From assembly GCA_023259115.1 (NCBI GenBank), contig JAHFQW010000001.1, positions 81,937-145,936 of the forward strand: 64,000 nucleotides of DNA, written 5' to 3'. Source of the DNA: an archaeon (GTDB taxonomy: Archaea; Nanobdellota; Nanobdellia; Woesearchaeales; GW2011-AR9). Of the stretch, positions 60,067 to 64,000 are shown piece after piece. The notes under the pieces are model-generated. The model saw only the letters and a program-made list of their open reading frames with translations. It was not told the DNA's origin and ran no database searches. How positions within the stretch are numbered: the stretch's first letter is position 1; each line of letters opens with the position of its first letter. The translations under genes and the position numbers were made by a program.

Positions 60067-60678
60067 TTAATTTATAAAATAACCTGCTTCCTTAATTTTA
60101 TCTGTTATAGATATTAAAGATTTTGGAGTTAATTCTAGATGTAGGTCTGGTCTAAATATATCGTTACCAGTTGGACCCATATCAAATAGTACTATACCTA
60201 ATAAAGATTTTCTTCTTTGACTAACATCTTTTTGGCCATAGACAGTATAGGATAATTCAGTATATGCTCTCCCATCAACAATTAGAATTGCCAGACTTAC
60301 GCCGTTAGGAGCACCAGACCAAGTATAAGGTGCTATTTGTTTGTCTCTTAAAACAGGCTTAGCCCACATAACATCCTCACGTTGATATCCTGCTTCAGCA
60401 ATTTTTCCATAAGGATCTATGTTTTTATCAAGAACACTTTGATCTGACCCATCATTACCATTTGTAGTACAATGAGTTAATAAATTATCAATCCCGTGAA
60501 ATAATTCGCTTTCCCTATTAAAATCAGGAACAGTACGTAAGAGTAAGTAATTTGGCATTTTTTTCCTTAAATTTTCTAATGCTTCATCTAACTTTTTTTG
60601 AAGACTTATTTCTACACCATTTCGATCTTGATGTCGTAATCTGAAAGGATAACCGTCATATACAAAGATATCTGTCAT
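60067..60678 (-). CDS. Hypothetical protein with atypical composition
   Basis: 203-aa ORF. Confidence 0.55.
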   Translation of the reverse strand: MTDIFVYDGYPFRLRHQDRNGVEISLQKKLDEALENLRKKMPNYLLLRTVPDFNRESELFHGIDNLLTHCTTNGNDGSDQSVLDKNIDPYGKIAEAGYQREDVMWAKPVLRDKQIAPYTWSGAPNGVSLAILIVDGRAYTELSYTVYGQKDVSQRRKSLLGIVLFDMGPTGNDIFRPDLHLELTPKSLISITDKIKEAGYFIN

Positions 60679-60773
60679 TTTATTATCATAAAATAAAAGT
60701 AGTATTTAAATCTTTCTATTTATATTAACTTATAAGTAATAACATTATTGTTAAGTCCCGCCTCTTCTATTTT

Positions 60774-61361
60774 TTAGGTCTTTTTCTCAATTGCAACTAA
60801 CACTTGATTGATGAGTTGGAAGTCAGAGGCCATTTGTTTGAACATTTCGGGGTTTCGACCATTGTAGAGGTAGTTGGCGGGGTGGATGATGGGGATTACA
60901 GCGATTTCTTGGTTGTTGATGATTGCGAGGTGGATTTTGCCACGCAGTGTTGTGATGCCGGTTTTGTTGAGGATGCGTTGTGTTGCGAAGTTGCCAATGG
61001 TGATGATGACTTTTGGCTGCATGATGTGGATGAGTTGGTCTAATCGGTCACGGCAATTGTTTACTTCTTCTTTGTTAGGGTTACGGTTGTTTTCAGGATG
61101 ACAGAGAATAGTGTTGGTGATGAAGATGTCTTCACGATTAAGATTGATGGTTGCGAGGAGTTGTTGCAAAATTTGGCCTGAGGCGCCGCAGAAGGGGATG
61201 CCTTGCTTGTCTTCGGTGGCACCGGGCGCTTCGCCGATGAAGAGAATTTTAGAGAGGGGATTGCCGTTGCCAAAGACGACTTGAGAACGAGATTGGCATA
61301 AGGAGGGACATTTCTGGCAGGATTGATATTGTGTTTTGAGACTGTCGAGGGATGGTGGCAT
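60774..61361 (-). CDS. Uracil-DNA glycosylase family 4 (second paralog)
   Basis: CQKC, GEAPG, PFCG, IHPA. Confidence 0.9.
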   Translation of the reverse strand: MPPSLDSLKTQYQSCQKCPSLCQSRSQVVFGNGNPLSKILFIGEAPGATEDKQGIPFCGASGQILQQLLATINLNREDIFITNTILCHPENNRNPNKEEVNNCRDRLDQLIHIMQPKVIITIGNFATQRILNKTGITTLRGKIHLAIINNQEIAVIPIIHPANYLYNGRNPEMFKQMASDFQLINQVLVAIEKKT

Positions 61362-61483
61362 GTTGTAAATCTAGTTCTAATGGTATTTAATGGTTGCGGG
61401 TTATCTTCATTTTTATATCTGGTTTTTTACTTTTAAAAATTCTTAGCGCAAAGTTTATAAACTATAACTTATAGGCTATAGGT

Positions 61484-61690
61484 ATGTCTACGACAATACA
61501 GGTTAATGACGATACGATGATTTTTTTGAAGAAGTTACGGTTGCAGTACGAGGCGTCTTCGTATGATGCATTGTTACAAATTCTGGTTAAAAAAGATTTG
61601 AAGCCAAAAAAGTCGTTATGGGGTGCGGGAGGGAAGATGACGATGAAAGAGATTCTGTCGGATTTGAGGGATAAACATGACCGATACTAA
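61484..61690 (+). CDS. VapB-type antitoxin
   Basis: TTIQV...SYDALL; overlaps the PIN gene. Confidence 0.75.
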   Translation: MSTTIQVNDDTMIFLKKLRLQYEASSYDALLQILVKKDLKPKKSLWGAGGKMTMKEILSDLRDKHDRY

Positions 61691-62069
61691 CTCTGGAGCG
61701 GTGTCTAGGATTATTTGTCTTGATTCTTCTGCGTGGCTGGCGTATTATTTTGCTGAGAATAATGAGGTTAAAGAAATCGTTGATGGTTCTGTGCTTGTGA
61801 TGACTTCTTCATTATGTCTATTTGAGGTAAAGAAACGATTGTTAATTTTGAAAAAAGATTTTAAAGTGCTGCTTGATTTTATTAAACAGCGCGGGGAAAT
61901 AGTTTTTCCGGATGTGGTTATTGTGGAGAGAGCGGCGGAGTTTGCAGTGGAGAAGAAATTGGGAGCGATGGATGCGTTGATTTATGCAACGAGTGTTAGT
62001 TGTAGAGCGAAATTGATTAGCGGGGATAATGATTTTCGTGGTTTGGAGGGAGTGAGGATTATTTCTTGA
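61677..62069 (+). CDS. vapC: VapC PIN toxin
   Basis: LDSSAW, DALIYAT, SGDNDF. Confidence 0.88.
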   Translation: MTDTNSGAVSRIICLDSSAWLAYYFAENNEVKEIVDGSVLVMTSSLCLFEVKKRLLILKKDFKVLLDFIKQRGEIVFPDVVIVERAAEFAVEKKLGAMDALIYATSVSCRAKLISGDNDFRGLEGVRIIS

Positions 62070-62133
62070 GAGGGGTAGTATTTTTCCAATTCCAATAGTA
62101 ACCTTTATAAAGCATTATTCTGTTTTGAGGTAA

Positions 62134-62334
62134 ATGGATGAAGAAGTGTTCCAGCAGGATGTACCGCAAGGTAAGGTGAAGCGTTTTTTTAAGGAAACGG
62201 CACGTGTGTTACGTATTACGAAGCGGCCCGATTGGCAGGAATATAAGACGTTATTGAAAGTAACGGGAATTGGTATTGGTATTATTGGGGGATTGGGATT
62301 TGCAATTTTCCTGATTAAGCAGTTATTATTTTAG
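62134..62334 (+). CDS. secE: Protein translocase SecE/Sec61-gamma
   Basis: RVLRITKRPD...GIGIIGGLGF; precedes spt5. Confidence 0.92.
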   Translation: MDEEVFQQDVPQGKVKRFFKETARVLRITKRPDWQEYKTLLKVTGIGIGIIGGLGFAIFLIKQLLF

Positions 62335-62346
62335 AGGTTTAGGCAA

Positions 62347-62814
62347 ATGGAAACACATCTATATGGATTACGAACGGCAGCGAATAGAGAAGACCAAGTG
62401 GTTGATTATTTAGTTTCTAAGTTACATAGCAAAACGTTAGGTGTTTTAGCTGTGATTAAAGCGCATGGGATGCGTGGTTATGTTTTTATTGAGGCGACGT
62501 CTAAAGAGGATGCAGAGACGGCTCTACAAGGTGTGCCGTATGCACGTGGATTGTTACCTGCAGAAATTCCATATCAAGAGATTGAACATATGCTTGAGCA
62601 AGTGAAAGTGGAGATGAATGTTCGCAAGAGTGATATTGTGGAAATTATTTCTGGTCCATTCAAACGGGAAAATGCGAAAGTTATTCGTATCAATCGCCAG
62701 AAAGAAGAGATTGTGGTGGAATTACTTGAATCGGCTGTGCCTATTCCAATTACTGTGAAGATGGATGCGGTGAAAGTTGTGCGTCGAGAGGAGGATGCAC
62801 CGGCAGAAGAGTAA
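62347..62814 (+). CDS. spt5: Transcription elongation factor Spt5
   Basis: GYVFIEA; KOW VEIISGPFK; PIPITV. Confidence 0.95.
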   Translation: METHLYGLRTAANREDQVVDYLVSKLHSKTLGVLAVIKAHGMRGYVFIEATSKEDAETALQGVPYARGLLPAEIPYQEIEHMLEQVKVEMNVRKSDIVEIISGPFKRENAKVIRINRQKEEIVVELLESAVPIPITVKMDAVKVVRREEDAPAEE

Positions 62815-62823
62815 ATGTAGACG

Positions 62824-63063
62824 ATGACACTAGACGATTTTGTGGGTGCTGCACCTGATGAGGTTGGTTTACGTGCAGCTGATTTTGTGCCGTATTTTGG
62901 CAAGCGAGCGTATGAGACGCGTGTGGCACATTTACGGTTTTCTGAGAAGGCTAGGGTAATTGAGGATAGGATTGATGATTTGGGTTTTCTTCAAGGAACG
63001 TATATGACGGTTGTAGGACTTTGCGCATTTTATGTGTTATCAGTATATTTTCCTTTGAAGTGA
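62824..63063 (+). CDS. Small hypothetical membrane protein
   Basis: 79 aa with a C-terminal TM. Confidence 0.45.
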   Translation: MTLDDFVGAAPDEVGLRAADFVPYFGKRAYETRVAHLRFSEKARVIEDRIDDLGFLQGTYMTVVGLCAFYVLSVYFPLK

Positions 63064-63071
63064 ATATTCCT

Positions 63072-63085
63072 AAAAACTTAAATAG
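63072..63085 (+). promoter_or_regulatory. BRE/TATA promoter for the tRNA-Gly locus
   Basis: AAAAACTTAAATAG about 25 bp upstream of 63110. Confidence 0.55.
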
Positions 63086-63169
63086 GGAACTTGTTTTTGT
63101 GTATTTTATACGGCTGTGATCCAACCTCGCTATCGTTCGGAGGATCACTGCGTATTCACTTGCGTTCAT

Positions 63170-63347
63170 ACGGCTGTGATCTAGTGGTATGATGTGAGCT
63201 TCCCACGCAACTTTTAAGAAAAGTTGCATCAAAACAGGGCCTACGGGTGGTGAGAACGAGCTTAACGGGGAGTTTACGGAAACAGCTTAATGTCCGGGTT
63301 CGATTATGCGTTACGTTTGTAATGCGACGAGAGTCCCGGCAGCCGTA
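63170..63347 (+). tRNA. tRNA-Gly(CCC) with introns at 37/38 (63206-63283) and 59/60 (63305-63333)
   Basis: ACGGCTG/CAGCCGT acceptor; TGAGC/GCTTA anticodon stem; CCGGG/CCCGG T-stem; BHB motifs. Confidence 0.85.
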
Positions 63348-63419
63348 GTTTTTTTCTATTTAAGTTTCACTCCTCATATCTATCTCCTTCACAGCAGGGT
63401 TTGATGTGGTGGCAGTTAT

Positions 63420-63740
63420 TATAGAGGGGTTTGATTAACCATCTAAAATTCCTCAAACCCCTCTAAGAAGTATACCAACGAACCTAATTTTTAATTAAAG
63501 TAGTTATGTTCGTTGTACAAGAAAACAAACAACGATTTGTTTTCTGTACAGAAAATAAGTTGTTTCTTATTTTCTTGTATATACAAAAGCACTAACTATT
63601 TTTGGAATTAATTAGTGCTTTTGGTATACTTTGAATAATTGATGAAAATAGGGTTATTCAAAGTCCTCTATAGATAATTCTGCTGATTAGATTATCAGAT
63701 ATAATACAAAAAATTAGCCTAATTAACAGAATTTACTATA
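63420..63740 (+). mobile_element. Composite TATAG-family multi-hairpin element (63420-63672 plus 63669-63740, sharing TATA)
   Basis: TATAGAGG/CCTCTATA ends; internal modules shared with the 28050 element; the 72-bp part matches the ends of the 43436 element. Confidence 0.7.
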
Positions 63741-63876
63741 CAGATGTATTTCTGTTTGATTGGTTCCATTTCGTGCTGGCATTGTTCGCAGAGGAGGGGC
63801 ATAGATAGTATATTTTCTTTGAGAATTAAAATGTTACGACAGCTTTTTATAGTATTGTGAGGCTCTAGGTGTTTAT

Positions 63877-64000
63877 GGGCGCGTGGCTCAACGGTACTTT
63901 GTTCATATAATCTGGATAAGGCGAAAAAGAGCGCTTCGTTCGCAACGAAGAGGTTTCGGGTTCAAATAGATACAATCAATAAGGTTGTTTGAGAAAGTCC
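63877..64000 (+). tRNA. tRNA-Ala(CGC), cut off by the window end, with D-loop (about 63897-63928) and T-loop (63967-63997) introns
   Basis: GGGCGCG start; GCTC/GAGC D-stem; CTTCG-TTCGCAA-CGAAG anticodon arm; GGGTTCAAA...AGTCC. Confidence 0.8.

Noticed and set aside
43-62903. Numerous 60-110 aa ORFs antisense or out of frame to longer genes
   Set aside because: Shadow ORFs favoured by the strong strand skew; no motifs or independent signals.
62951-63232. 93-aa minus-strand ORF
   Set aside because: Antisense to tRNA-Gly and the upstream gene; no recognisable motif.

Overview
Archaeal chromosome fragment, most likely a DPANN (Woesearchaeota-like) genome. It carries the rps13-rps4-rps11-rpoD-rpl18e-rpl13-rps9-rpoN cluster, rpoL, TFS, a fused PriS-PriL primase, secE-spt5, archease, a polyamine gene cluster, several toxin-antitoxin modules and large secreted proteins, including two S8 proteases. 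The most striking signal is a family of TA-flanked (TATAG...CTATA), twin-hairpin, MITE-like elements. A 93-bp member is inserted in frame, in its only open reading frame of six, into three different exported proteins, where it adds the same 31-aa peptide (IDNSVGYNTFCTELSNKTILNSCHISNRIVY). Longer, modular multi-hairpin relatives with compensatory stem changes lie between genes, and one has replaced a gene's C-terminus. All three tRNA genes seen (iMet, Gly-CCC, Ala-CGC) carry non-canonical T-loop (59/60) BHB-type introns, and two have a second intron. All functional calls rest on motif recognition by eye; no database searches were run.
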